Below, piece by piece: positions 8,424 to 17,574 of a stretch of DNA of 35,595 nucleotides. The notes under the pieces are model-generated. The model made no database searches. It was given only the letters and a program-made list of their open reading frames with translations, and had not been told where the DNA came from. The stretch spans positions 1 to 35,595 of the forward strand of contig JBDKUT010000087.1 of the NCBI GenBank assembly GCA_039679545.1, read 5' to 3'. How positions within the stretch are numbered: position 1 is the stretch's first letter; every line of letters begins with the position of its first letter. The position numbers and the translations under genes were made by a program. Source of the stretch: Thermotogota bacterium. GTDB lineage: Bacteria; Bipolaricaulota; Bipolaricaulia; UBA7950; UBA9294.

Positions 8424-9497
8424 GTGCCTGCGTGGACCGATGAGCAGAGACACGAGCGGATGGGGGTCGCGCACGCGCAAGCGACGCGGTTGTGTCCTGA
8501 CCGAATCCATGAAACGTGGTATACGTTCGGCGGCCGCGTGGTTCGAATGCGCATCGTCGGACATCAACTTGCGGAGCGGCTCGCCTTGCCGTTCGCTCAC
8601 CTCCGGCGCCGGAAGGCTGTGCCTTCCGACGCGAGACTCACCATCGACCTCTGGGATGAGCTGGAAACCGGAGTTCCGGCTGACACGGACCTGCGTCCCG
8701 TCGTCGAGGGCTCCAGCTTCTCGGCGTCGCGAGACGGGAGGTTCGCGACGAGCGTGCTGCAGCACTCGATAAGCAGCCTCGATCGACAGGGAGAGAGCAT
8801 CGTTGGCGTTGCTCTCGATGCTGACCGGCTCTCGGTCTACGAATGCGGTCGCCCGCTGCACGTGCCGCTCAGTCTCTGGTATAACGATCGCGGCGTTCCA
8901 TTGATCCACGCCGCTCTCGTCTCGCATCAGGGAGATGGGGTTCTCTTGGCGGGTCCCAGCGGAGCGGGAAAGACGACGTCGGCTTTGTCCTGCCTGTTTG
9001 CCGGTTTCCATTACTTGGCGGACGACCTGGCTGGGCTGGAGATCCCCGCTGATGGTGCCGCTTGGGGACACAGCGTCTATGGCTCGGCGTTGGTTGACCA
9101 GGGAACGCTCCTCCACCTGCCGACCCTCAGACCCCACGCCATTCTTGGGAACCACGGGCGCGGAGACAAGCGGCTCGTCTTCATCTCCCAGGTCAGCCCG
9201 ACCGAACTCGCAGGAAAGACAAGGATCCGCGCCATCGGCCTCGTACGTGTCGCCAACGCAGCTTGTTCTCACGTCCGGCCTGCCGCGAAGGGCGAGTCAT
9301 TGATGACCATGATTCGGAGTACGCTGCAGGGTGGAGCGCTCAGCCCGGGCAGACAGGGATTCGAGCTGTTGGGACGTCTATGCGGCGACGTTCCGTCGTT
9401 CTGGTTGGAGCTGGGACGCGGCGTCGAGGATGTCCCACGGTGTATCCTCGAGCTTCTCGTGGGCCGTGGGGAGTTCCCAGGAGGTAGAGTTCCGTGA
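8424..9497 (+). CDS. HPr kinase-related P-loop kinase (copy 1)
   Basis: IHAALV, Walker A GPSGAGKTT, YLADD. Start uncertain: GTG 8424 after GAGGAG, or ATG 8328 / 8460. Confidence 0.8.
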   Translation: MPAWTDEQRHERMGVAHAQATRLCPDRIHETWYTFGGRVVRMRIVGHQLAERLALPFAHLRRRKAVPSDARLTIDLWDELETGVPADTDLRPVVEGSSFSASRDGRFATSVLQHSISSLDRQGESIVGVALDADRLSVYECGRPLHVPLSLWYNDRGVPLIHAALVSHQGDGVLLAGPSGAGKTTSALSCLFAGFHYLADDLAGLEIPADGAAWGHSVYGSALVDQGTLLHLPTLRPHAILGNHGRGDKRLVFISQVSPTELAGKTRIRAIGLVRVANAACSHVRPAAKGESLMTMIRSTLQGGALSPGRQGFELLGRLCGDVPSFWLELGRGVEDVPRCILELLVGRGEFPGGRVP

Positions 9498-10615
9498 CAC
9501 CCGGGCCCGTGGGCTTCAGAGCGGCGTCGGTGTCCTGCGGCCGAAGTGGAGAGGTGGCGTTCTCCGCCATGCGGGAGACGTACGGGAAAGCGCTCCGCGC
9601 CAAGCCCGGTGAGGTCTCGACGACCCGCTTCGTCCTGGCGGACGCACCCGTCTCCCTGAGGATCGTGGGGAGCCGCCTGGCTACGTTGATCGGTGCCTCT
9701 TTTCGCCATCTGTTGAGCCACTCAGATGTAGGGATCTCTCCCCGCCTCACAATCGATTTGTGGGATGAGCGCGCCGCAGGGATTGGGTGTCCCCGCGCTG
9801 CGAGGGAAGCGGGGGAGAGGGGAGAGGCGAGACAAGAAGAAGATACAGGGATTGCGGTTGGGGCAGCAGAGGATCGCTATGTGGGGCACCTTCGTCCGGG
9901 AATCCGTTTGTGGATGGATCGCCGCGCCGCTCACGTGGTCGGCTGTGTGACGAGCACTGACGAGCTTACGATCCAAGATCGAGGAAAGCCGTTGTACTTC
10001 CCGTTGCTTCTGTGGCATGCGGATCGAGGGGTGCCCGTCATCCACGCGGCGCTGGTATCCACTCGCGGTGGAGGAGCTCTACTGGTCGGGAAGGGAGGGA
10101 GGGGGAAGACCACCGTCGCTCTCGCCTGCGTGCTTGGCGGCCTTGGCTTCCTCGGCGACGACTACATCGGGCTCGAGCAAGCAGGAGCCTGTCGGTTCGT
10201 AGGCCACAGCCTCTACGATTCCGTGTGGCTCACCGCGGACGGTGAAGCCCGCTTCCCTGCCCTTGTCCCGTATGCCGAGCCGCCGGAGCGTTCGAGTTCC
10301 ATGGCTCGACGCCTGCTTCATATGTCCGATGCCACGCCTGATAGGCTCGGGCGCTCAGTCCCGATTCGCGCCGTCGTGGCTACCGTCCTCAGCACCGAGC
10401 AATCCTCCTCTCTTCAGCCCGTCTCGCAGGCTGCAGCCCTTCTCGCGCTGGCTCCGAGTTCCATGCTTCGTCTTCCCGTCTCAGGAACGGCCTTCTTCGA
10501 ACGGATGTCGCGGTTGGTTGAACACGTACCGACCTACGAGCTGGCGGTTGGACTGAACACAACCACTCTGGTCCCCCTCGTGAGGAGGCTGCTTGAGCTG
10601 GAGGACCCGCGCTGA
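9494..10615 (+). CDS. HPr kinase-related P-loop kinase (copy 2)
   Basis: IHAALV, Walker A GKGGRGKTT, FLGDD; GTG overlaps the upstream TGA (GTGA) with GGAGG upstream. Confidence 0.82.
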   Translation: MTPGPVGFRAASVSCGRSGEVAFSAMRETYGKALRAKPGEVSTTRFVLADAPVSLRIVGSRLATLIGASFRHLLSHSDVGISPRLTIDLWDERAAGIGCPRAAREAGERGEARQEEDTGIAVGAAEDRYVGHLRPGIRLWMDRRAAHVVGCVTSTDELTIQDRGKPLYFPLLLWHADRGVPVIHAALVSTRGGGALLVGKGGRGKTTVALACVLGGLGFLGDDYIGLEQAGACRFVGHSLYDSVWLTADGEARFPALVPYAEPPERSSSMARRLLHMSDATPDRLGRSVPIRAVVATVLSTEQSSSLQPVSQAAALLALAPSSMLRLPVSGTAFFERMSRLVEHVPTYELAVGLNTTTLVPLVRRLLELEDPR

Positions 10616-10634
10616 AAACTCTGGGGAGACGCGG

Positions 10635-13016
10635 ATGAGGCCAGTCCTGTCCGATACGCTCTCGGTTCTTCTTCCGACAGAGGAGGAGACGCTCCTGCTG
10701 CGCGCTTGCCTGTGCTCCCCCGACGTGGCCGAGGAGGCATGGCGCGCGTGGCTGAGGGGCGTCGGGGATCCGAAGAAAGAGCTCTTGCAACGTCGCCCCG
10801 TCCTCGTGCACCTTCTTCCACTCTTGCACTCGTCGATGAGGCGCTGGGATGCTGAGCTCCAGAGCGAATTCGGTTTCTGCCTTCGCGCCGCGCACTTCCG
10901 TGAGGAGCTGCGCAGTCATGCCTATCGAGACATCCTCCGGAGGGTTCTTCGGACTCTGGCAGACGAAGGGATCGAGGTCACGGTCCTCAAGGGTGCTGCA
11001 CTTGCGGCCACGGTCTACGGCGACTGGTCCCTTCGTCACTGTCATGACATCGATCTCCTCCTTGATCAGGTGAGTCTTGCGGCGGCATCCAGAGTCCTGC
11101 AAGACACCGGCGCCGCACAGAGGTGCGGCCCCGGGCGAGCGTCGCGAGACGTTCGGCTTCTTCACAAGAGCGGCCTCCCGATTGAGCTTCAGGCGGATCT
11201 CTTCGGCCATCCCTTCTACCAGAGGGGGGCGGCCCGATTGGTAGACTGCAGCCGGAGGGCGGAGATCGTCGGGGTTCCGACGCGTGTGTTGTCGCCCGCA
11301 GCAACGCTTCTGCACATCTGCGGGCATGCGTCGTACTCGGAGAGCCGCGCCAGCCTCCGGTGGGTAACAGACGCATGGACCCTCACGGCGAGGTGTGCCG
11401 ATCTTGATTGGGCCGCCTTCCTCTCGGATGCTCGACAGGTGAATCTCTCGTTGCCTCTTCATGTGATGCTCGAGTATCTCGGCGTCGGACTCGGCGTCGC
11501 GATCCCTCCTTCTGTCCTGCAGACCCTCGCACGGGATGCTCGACACGTGGGAGCCACCGCCCGCGAAGCGGCCCTGGTGGGAGTACACGAGAATGACCGA
11601 AAACTCCGTACGGCGACACGAGACTGGAGATCGAGAGCGGTCCTCTGGAGATGGGCTCTCCTTCCGTCGCCCTCCTCCCAGCGGTGGACCTGCGACGCAC
11701 GCCCGAGACGTGAAGTCCTTCTTCTTCATCTCAACCAGGGGGCACGCTTCGCTGCCCGACGCGCGCGGCTTGCGCTGGCACGGTCCGATAGGGATCGGCG
11801 AACAAAGCGGCTCCCCTCTGGAGAGAACGAAATGAGAGACGGGATGAGTGTCGTGGAAAAGCGTCCGTGGATCCCCACAGAGCGGCAGGCGCTCTTGGTC
11901 CGGTCCGCCCTCCTCGAGCGCGAGCCGGCGATTGACGCATGGAACCGATGGAACGCGACCGGCGGTCTTGAACGCATCGACGACGGCTCGTCAGCTCTGC
12001 TGCCGATCGTCTACCGAAACCTTGCCGGGTATGGAGTGAGCGATTCCGCGCTGAAACGCGCCCAGCAGGCCTACAAGACCACGTGGCTTGAGAACGAACG
12101 GCGCTTCCATGAGATCGCCGCCGTCCTCGAGGCTCTCAACGCGGCCGGAATCGAGACGATGATCCTGAAAGGCGCTGCCCTCGCGCTCCTCTACTACCGA
12201 GATCTCGGTCTTCGTTCCATGGGCGATGTCGATCTGCTCGTGCATCCTCGGCAGCTGCACGAAGCGCTCGCCGTCCTTCGCGACGCCGGATTCTGCATTG
12301 TGGGACGCCCCCCGGAGTTGCTGACGGACGTCTACCTGTTCTCTCGCAAGGCCATCAACCTGGCCTCGGCGGGCATGTCCATGCTTGACCTCCACTGGCG
12401 AGCCATTCAGGAAGTTCGCTCTGAAAGCGAAGAGAAGGCGTTCTGGGACGGGGCGACGACGGTCAGTCTCCACGACGTACCGACTCAGGCGATGAGTGCG
12501 GCGGACCAAGTCCTCCATGTCTGTGAGCACGAAACCCGATGGTGCCCGTCTCCCCTTCCGCGGTGGATGGTCGATCTCGTCATGATCTTCCGAGTCGCGG
12601 GGGATGCGTTCGACTCCGATCGCACCCTGGACCGCGCGCGGAGCCTTGAGCTGGTCAGCCCGCTTGCCGAAGCGCTTGAGTGTTTGGACACGGTCGTTCC
12701 TCACGAGGTCCCCCAGGAGCTGCTGCAGGGGGTGCGTCTCGCTCGCGCGACGCGCCGGGACCGACGAGACTACGAAGCGCGATGCCGCAGACCCGGGCCT
12801 CTACAAACGTTGCGTGACGAGTATCGCGTCCATTGCGATCGAACCGTCGACCAGAGCAGAATCCGTCGCTGCTTGGGCTTCCTGCAACACGTTCAGGCCC
12901 TGTGGGGACTAGAGCGACTTTGGCAGCTGGTGCCGCGCCTCTGGATGTGGGTGTGGCACACCGCCTGTCGGATCGTGTCGGAAAGCGACGGGCGAGCGCA
13001 CGGCGGCCAGAGGTGA
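10635..13016 (+). CDS. Nucleotidyltransferase family protein (NTP_transf_5-like), two tandem domains
   Basis: Two copies of the signature: VLKGAALAATVYGDWSLRHCHDIDLLL and ILKGAALALLYYRDLGLRSMGDVDLLV; each half opens with PTE...LL.R..L. ATG 10635 preceded by GGGGAG. Confidence 0.85.
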   Translation: MRPVLSDTLSVLLPTEEETLLLRACLCSPDVAEEAWRAWLRGVGDPKKELLQRRPVLVHLLPLLHSSMRRWDAELQSEFGFCLRAAHFREELRSHAYRDILRRVLRTLADEGIEVTVLKGAALAATVYGDWSLRHCHDIDLLLDQVSLAAASRVLQDTGAAQRCGPGRASRDVRLLHKSGLPIELQADLFGHPFYQRGAARLVDCSRRAEIVGVPTRVLSPAATLLHICGHASYSESRASLRWVTDAWTLTARCADLDWAAFLSDARQVNLSLPLHVMLEYLGVGLGVAIPPSVLQTLARDARHVGATAREAALVGVHENDRKLRTATRDWRSRAVLWRWALLPSPSSQRWTCDARPRREVLLLHLNQGARFAARRARLALARSDRDRRTKRLPSGENEMRDGMSVVEKRPWIPTERQALLVRSALLEREPAIDAWNRWNATGGLERIDDGSSALLPIVYRNLAGYGVSDSALKRAQQAYKTTWLENERRFHEIAAVLEALNAAGIETMILKGAALALLYYRDLGLRSMGDVDLLVHPRQLHEALAVLRDAGFCIVGRPPELLTDVYLFSRKAINLASAGMSMLDLHWRAIQEVRSESEEKAFWDGATTVSLHDVPTQAMSAADQVLHVCEHETRWCPSPLPRWMVDLVMIFRVAGDAFDSDRTLDRARSLELVSPLAEALECLDTVVPHEVPQELLQGVRLARATRRDRRDYEARCRRPGPLQTLRDEYRVHCDRTVDQSRIRRCLGFLQHVQALWGLERLWQLVPRLWMWVWHTACRIVSESDGRAHGGQR

Positions 13017-13133
13017 AGGTTTCCTGCCAGCACTCGGGATCGTTGGGAAAGGCATGTGCAACTTCAGCTGTAACGCCGCGTCGGTATTGGAACTCATATC
13101 GACAGAAACACCGCGCAAGCTCGAGGAGGACAC

Positions 13134-14369
13134 CTAGACGGACTCGTCGACCCGCTTTCCTTGTGCGGCCGACGGTCGCCACGCGATGAGCGCGAGCGCC
13201 GCGAGAAGTGCCACTCCCGCGCCGAAGTAAAACGGAGACGGAGCCCCGAACCGGTCCCACAGAGCCCCGGCCAGAATCGAGGCGGGGAGTCCGATGACAC
13301 CGATGACGGTGTTGTAGATCCCGTAAGCGGTGCCGCGTGAGTCGACGGGGACGAGATCCGCGACGAGCGCGCGCGCCGTGCCGTAGGCCGTTCCGTAGTA
13401 GACCCCGTAGATGAGGTACAGGAGCCACATCGTCCACTGTGCGTGGGCGATAGCGATGCCGAAGTAGATGGCCGCGTAGAGAAGCCAACCGCCGACAATC
13501 AGCTTCTTGCGGGGAATGCGGTCGGAGAGGGCGCCCGCCGGCGCGGCGACGAGCGCGTCGACAAGGCGAAAGAGGGCGAGCATCCCGAGGGTGGCGAGCA
13601 GGTTCGCCCCGAGCGAGCGAGCGCGAAGGATGATGAACGCGTCGGCCGAGTTGCCGAGCTGGAACAACGCGACGATGACGAGGAAGAGGAAGAACGGGCG
13701 TCCGAGGGACCGTTTCGTCGCTGTGCGATCCACTTTTGGAAGCGAGACGTCGTGTGCCCCGATGGCGAGCGCGAGGACGGAGAGAGCGGCGGGGACGACG
13801 CTGATAATCACAATGATGGAGAACGTGTGGGCCTGCAACTCGGCGGCCGCGCCCTGCGTAAACCAAACAGCGAGCATCGCGACGACGATGCCGAGCATCG
13901 TTCCGCCGGCATCCGCCGCTCGTTGGAAGCCGAACGCAAGCCCGTGCTTCTCTCTCTTGACCGAGTCGGCGACGAGCGCGTCGCGCGGCGCGGCGCGAAC
14001 CCCTTTTCCGACGCGGTCGACCCAGCGTGAAAGGGCGACCGTCGTCCAGGAGTTCGCAAAGAGGAAGACGGGGCGGACCGCGGCGGAAATTCCGTAACCG
14101 AGCACGGCCAGCCACTTCCGCTTCCCGAGGCGGTCGGACCACCAACCGGAGACGACGCGCAGGAGGGACGCCGTCGACTCCGCTCCACCTTCGATTAGGC
14201 CGATGAACGTCGGCTTCACCCCAAGCACGCTCGAGAGGAAGAGCGGAAGGACGGTTAGGACCATCTCCGACGACACGTCCATCAGGAAGCTCGTGATCGA
14301 GAGCGTCCAGATGTTCCTCGGAAGGCGGCGGGATTCCTCATGAGCGGTGCGCCCCAGGCTGGCGGTCAT
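13134..14369 (-). CDS. MFS transporter
   Basis: About 12 hydrophobic segments; SFLMDVSSEM, motif A GWWSDRLGKRK, DRVGKGVRAAPRDALVADS. Confidence 0.92.
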   Translation of the reverse strand: MTASLGRTAHEESRRLPRNIWTLSITSFLMDVSSEMVLTVLPLFLSSVLGVKPTFIGLIEGGAESTASLLRVVSGWWSDRLGKRKWLAVLGYGISAAVRPVFLFANSWTTVALSRWVDRVGKGVRAAPRDALVADSVKREKHGLAFGFQRAADAGGTMLGIVVAMLAVWFTQGAAAELQAHTFSIIVIISVVPAALSVLALAIGAHDVSLPKVDRTATKRSLGRPFFLFLVIVALFQLGNSADAFIILRARSLGANLLATLGMLALFRLVDALVAAPAGALSDRIPRKKLIVGGWLLYAAIYFGIAIAHAQWTMWLLYLIYGVYYGTAYGTARALVADLVPVDSRGTAYGIYNTVIGVIGLPASILAGALWDRFGAPSPFYFGAGVALLAALALIAWRPSAAQGKRVDESV

Positions 14370-14668
14370 GAGAAACGGCGCGTGTCGCGGAGACTTGCTC
14401 CTCCGGCACTTCGTCGGCCATGTCTTTTGTAGTCTGCGCGCTTGCCTCTCGGGAGACCTGTTCGCATCGTCGTCATGTCGAGACCCTGTCTGAGGACATC
14501 ATACTCGGGGCGCTCGTTTCTGCACCTGCCCGAGGCCAATAGGTACGCGCTCAAAACTATGCCCCAGGAATCGCGCGTGCAAGCTATGTCTACGACGCTC
14601 GGACTGGGTCGGCGCCGAGGCTCCGGGTGCTGCGGTGCTGAGCTGAACTCCTTCTCGGCAATGTGAGT

Positions 14669-14696
14669 TTGAAGTGGCCCAGCGAAGCGCTATAGT
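14669..14696 (+). promoter_or_regulatory. Putative sigma70 promoter of pit-DUF47
   Basis: TTGAAG (14669-14674), 16-nt spacer, TATAGT (14691-14696), 34 nt before the ATG. Confidence 0.45.
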
Positions 14697-14730
14697 CACT
14701 ACATACTCCACGGGAGAGACGATACGGGTT

Positions 14731-15663
14731 ATGTGGACACTCGTGGCAGGGATCTTCATGGGTTGGTCTCTCGGCGCAGACGCCGCTGCCAGCCTGTTCG
14801 GACCGACCGTCAGAAGCGGAGCGATGCGCTTCTGGACGGCGGCGATCTTGGCTTCGATCTTCGTTCTTATCGGCGCGATGACGGTCGGAAGCGGCTGCTT
14901 CGCGACCTACGACGCAATCGGCACCCAGACGCTCCTGTCGGCGTTCCTCGTGGCGCTCGCCGCCGGCTTGACCATCACGCTGATGGCGGCCCTCGGACTT
15001 CCGGTTTCGAGCACACAGGCCGTGGTCGGAGCCATTCTTGGCGTGGGGCTCCTCTCGGGTGGAGTGTCGGTCGCACCGCTCACCAAGATCGGACTGTCTT
15101 GGGTCCTGACACCGATCGGCGGCCTGGTTGCCGCCTACATCCCGTACAAACTCCTCGTCCTCTTTCCGCAAGCCTTGCCAAGTCGGCTTGTAAACCGGGT
15201 CGGCGTGATCCGCGTCGGCCTCGTCCTCGTAACCTGCTACAGCGCGTACGCGCTCGGCGCGAACAACGTGGCGAACGTTACCGGGGTCTTCGTATCGAGT
15301 GGGCTTCTCTCCCCCACCCTTGGGGCGCTGATTGGCGCGCTTGCGATCGGTTTGGGTATCCTGACCTTCAGCCGACGGGTGATTGAGACGGTAGGGAGCG
15401 CCCTGGTGCGGCTTGACGCGGTGACGGCGCTGATCGCGATCCTCGCGGAGGCGATCACGCTCAATGTGTACGCCGTCATCGGCATCCCGGTATCCGCTTC
15501 GCAGGCCATCGTCGGGGCGGTGATCGGGATCGGGCTCGTCAAGGGCGTGAAGACGATCGACGGCCGCGTTCTCTTGCGCGTCCTGTTTGGATGGGTGGGG
15601 ACTCCGACGATTGCTGGACTCCTCTCGGCGGGACTGGTTCTGGGGGCGCGCCTTGTGGCGTAG
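14731..15663 (+). CDS. Inorganic phosphate transporter, PiT (PHO4) family
   Basis: GWSLGADAAA and LGANNVAN repeats, GLPVSSTQAVVGA and GIPVSASQAIVGA motifs; adjacent DUF47 gene. Confidence 0.88.
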   Translation: MWTLVAGIFMGWSLGADAAASLFGPTVRSGAMRFWTAAILASIFVLIGAMTVGSGCFATYDAIGTQTLLSAFLVALAAGLTITLMAALGLPVSSTQAVVGAILGVGLLSGGVSVAPLTKIGLSWVLTPIGGLVAAYIPYKLLVLFPQALPSRLVNRVGVIRVGLVLVTCYSAYALGANNVANVTGVFVSSGLLSPTLGALIGALAIGLGILTFSRRVIETVGSALVRLDAVTALIAILAEAITLNVYAVIGIPVSASQAIVGAVIGIGLVKGVKTIDGRVLLRVLFGWVGTPTIAGLLSAGLVLGARLVA

Positions 15664-15694
15664 GCGGCGGGGGCGCCGCCGCGGGGGTGGTTCG

Positions 15695-16345
15695 ATGCTC
15701 GGGTTCTGGAAGCGCGGGGAACAGGTCAACGACCTCATTCTCAGGCACTTGGCTCACGTGCGACAGGCGATGTCCCTGTTCGGTGACGCCACGCGTGCCT
15801 ACTTCGTGGAGAAGGACGTGGAGAAGGCAAGACGGCTGATGGTCGAGACCCACAAAGCGGAGAGCCTCGCCGACGACGTCCGCCGTGAGGTCGAGAAGAC
15901 CCTCGTTCAGGGGGCTCTCCTTGCTCCGTCCCGTAGGCAGCTTCTGTTGATCGTCGACGGCATTGACACGCTCGCCAACGCGGCCCAGGGGACGCTCCAC
16001 TATCTGGTCAACCAGTCCGTGGATGTTCCGCCCGAAGTGGAGCCGTTCGCCCTGAAGATCCTCGAGGAGAGCGAGACCCTGTTCGAGGACGTCGATTGCG
16101 GCGTCCGCTCGCTGCTCGCGGGGGACGCGAAGACATCGCTCGACTGCGCCGAGCGCATCGATCGGCACGAGAGCGCTGTCGATCGCTTTGACGCTGAGGC
16201 GACGAGAACGCTATTCGCGCTCAACATCGAGCTTGCTCGGAAGATGCATGTCCGCGGGTATTTCGCAGTCCTCGCACTGATCTCGGACCGGGCCGAAGAC
16301 CTCGCCGATCAGGTGGCTCTCGTCGCCGCCGAACGGGCTCTGTAA
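15695..16345 (+). CDS. DUF47 family (PhoU-like) phosphate transport regulator
   Basis: All-helical with ESLADDVRREV, ESAVD and ISDRAEDLAD motifs; directly after pit. Confidence 0.85.
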   Translation: MLGFWKRGEQVNDLILRHLAHVRQAMSLFGDATRAYFVEKDVEKARRLMVETHKAESLADDVRREVEKTLVQGALLAPSRRQLLLIVDGIDTLANAAQGTLHYLVNQSVDVPPEVEPFALKILEESETLFEDVDCGVRSLLAGDAKTSLDCAERIDRHESAVDRFDAEATRTLFALNIELARKMHVRGYFAVLALISDRAEDLADQVALVAAERAL

Positions 16346-16363
16346 AACTCCATTCAGGGTCTT

Positions 16364-17545
16364 CTACGCTTCGTGGCCTTCTGCGACGGCGTTCAGTTTC
16401 CGTCGCCGCGCGAGGTATCCGAGCGTCCCGGCGAAGGCGACGATAAGCAATCCGGTGGTGACGACAGGGACAGCGGCCGGGCCGGTGACGGGGAGGAGGC
16501 GACCGGTGAGCCACGGGAAGGTCATCCCCCCCAAGCACGAAGCGATGATGATGGTCGACACGAACCGCGCCGAAAGCGGTCGGCCGCGGCCGAAGAGGAT
16601 GATGGTCGTCGGGTAGATTGACGCTATCGCAGCGCAGACCCCCGCGGCACCGATCCAGATTGCCCAGTCGGCGCCGGGCAGGGCGAGAAGCGGGACGACG
16701 AAGAGCAGGCTCGCGGCGTAGTCCACGGCGAGGATTCGGGAAGGCGACGTGCGGCGCGCGACGACTACGCCGGCCAGCCGAGAGAGACTGAACGCCGCCC
16801 ATGAGGCTCCGGAGACGTTGGTCGCCATCGTCGCCCCGGCATGGCTGTCAACGAACGTGTAGAGCCAGCTCGTGAAGACCGCCTCCGCTCCTCCGTACAG
16901 GAACACGATCGCTGTGGGCAGCGCCGTGATGCGGGTCACCGGAGCGTCGGCGCTGCGGTCAGCTTCACTCTTGTGCGTCGGGGGCGGAACGCGAAACAGC
17001 ACGAGGGCCACGGGGACGGGGATGACGGCCAGCGTCCAGTACGTCCACGACAGCGGCGCGTTCGGCGTCGCAACCGCGGCAACGAGAAACGGCGCGGCGA
17101 GAGCCCCGAGGCCGTACGAGAAGTGCAGCGCGTTCAGGTACGGGGCCGATCGTTTGCCGTACCGCCGCAAGAGGAGTGTGTTCGCTCCAACATCGAGCGC
17201 CGCCAGCATGCACCCCATGACGGCCATGATCGGGAGGAGCGTCCCCAGCGATCGAGCGATCGGAACGAGCGCGAGGGCGACCCCGGCGCCAAGAAGAGCC
17301 ACAGCGATCCCGCGGTGGGTGTTCCAGCGCTCGATCAGGCGACCGGCTCCGACGGCGCCGATCAGGTAGCCGAACGAGCGTGCCGAGAGGGCCACGCCGA
17401 TTGTCGAAAGCCCGATTCCCGTCTGGGCGGCGAGCGGTGCAAGCGTCGGTCCCACCGACCCGCCGACGAGGCCGATCAGACCGACCGAGGCGAAGTACGA
17501 GGCGGTCGTGAGAATCCGTGCGCGAAGATCGTCGGGCGAAGCCAT
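16364..17545 (-). CDS. MFS transporter (FucP/TsgA-like)
   Basis: Hydrophobic 12-TM pattern; GPTL, LDVGANTLL, YLNALHFSYGLGALAAP, LYGGAE, ASIYPT. Start placed at ATG 17545, downstream of the glyQS stop. Confidence 0.85.
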   Translation of the reverse strand: MASPDDLRARILTTASYFASVGLIGLVGGSVGPTLAPLAAQTGIGLSTIGVALSARSFGYLIGAVGAGRLIERWNTHRGIAVALLGAGVALALVPIARSLGTLLPIMAVMGCMLAALDVGANTLLLRRYGKRSAPYLNALHFSYGLGALAAPFLVAAVATPNAPLSWTYWTLAVIPVPVALVLFRVPPPTHKSEADRSADAPVTRITALPTAIVFLYGGAEAVFTSWLYTFVDSHAGATMATNVSGASWAAFSLSRLAGVVVARRTSPSRILAVDYAASLLFVVPLLALPGADWAIWIGAAGVCAAIASIYPTTIILFGRGRPLSARFVSTIIIASCLGGMTFPWLTGRLLPVTGPAAVPVVTTGLLIVAFAGTLGYLARRRKLNAVAEGHEA

Positions 17546-17574
17546 GGGGATCCTTCGGTGCATTCTACGTCTGC

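Noticed and set aside
12655..14145. 496-aa Arg-rich minus-strand ORF
   Set aside because: Alternative frame of the MFS gene with Arg/Pro/Gly-rich frame-shadow composition.
14366..14554. 62-aa minus-strand ORF overlapping the MFS start
   Set aside because: TTG start, no RBS and no recognisable features.
15663..15680. Perfect GC hairpin GGCGGCG-GGGG-CGCCGCC between pit and DUF47
   Set aside because: No U-tract, and short GC stems arise easily at this base composition.
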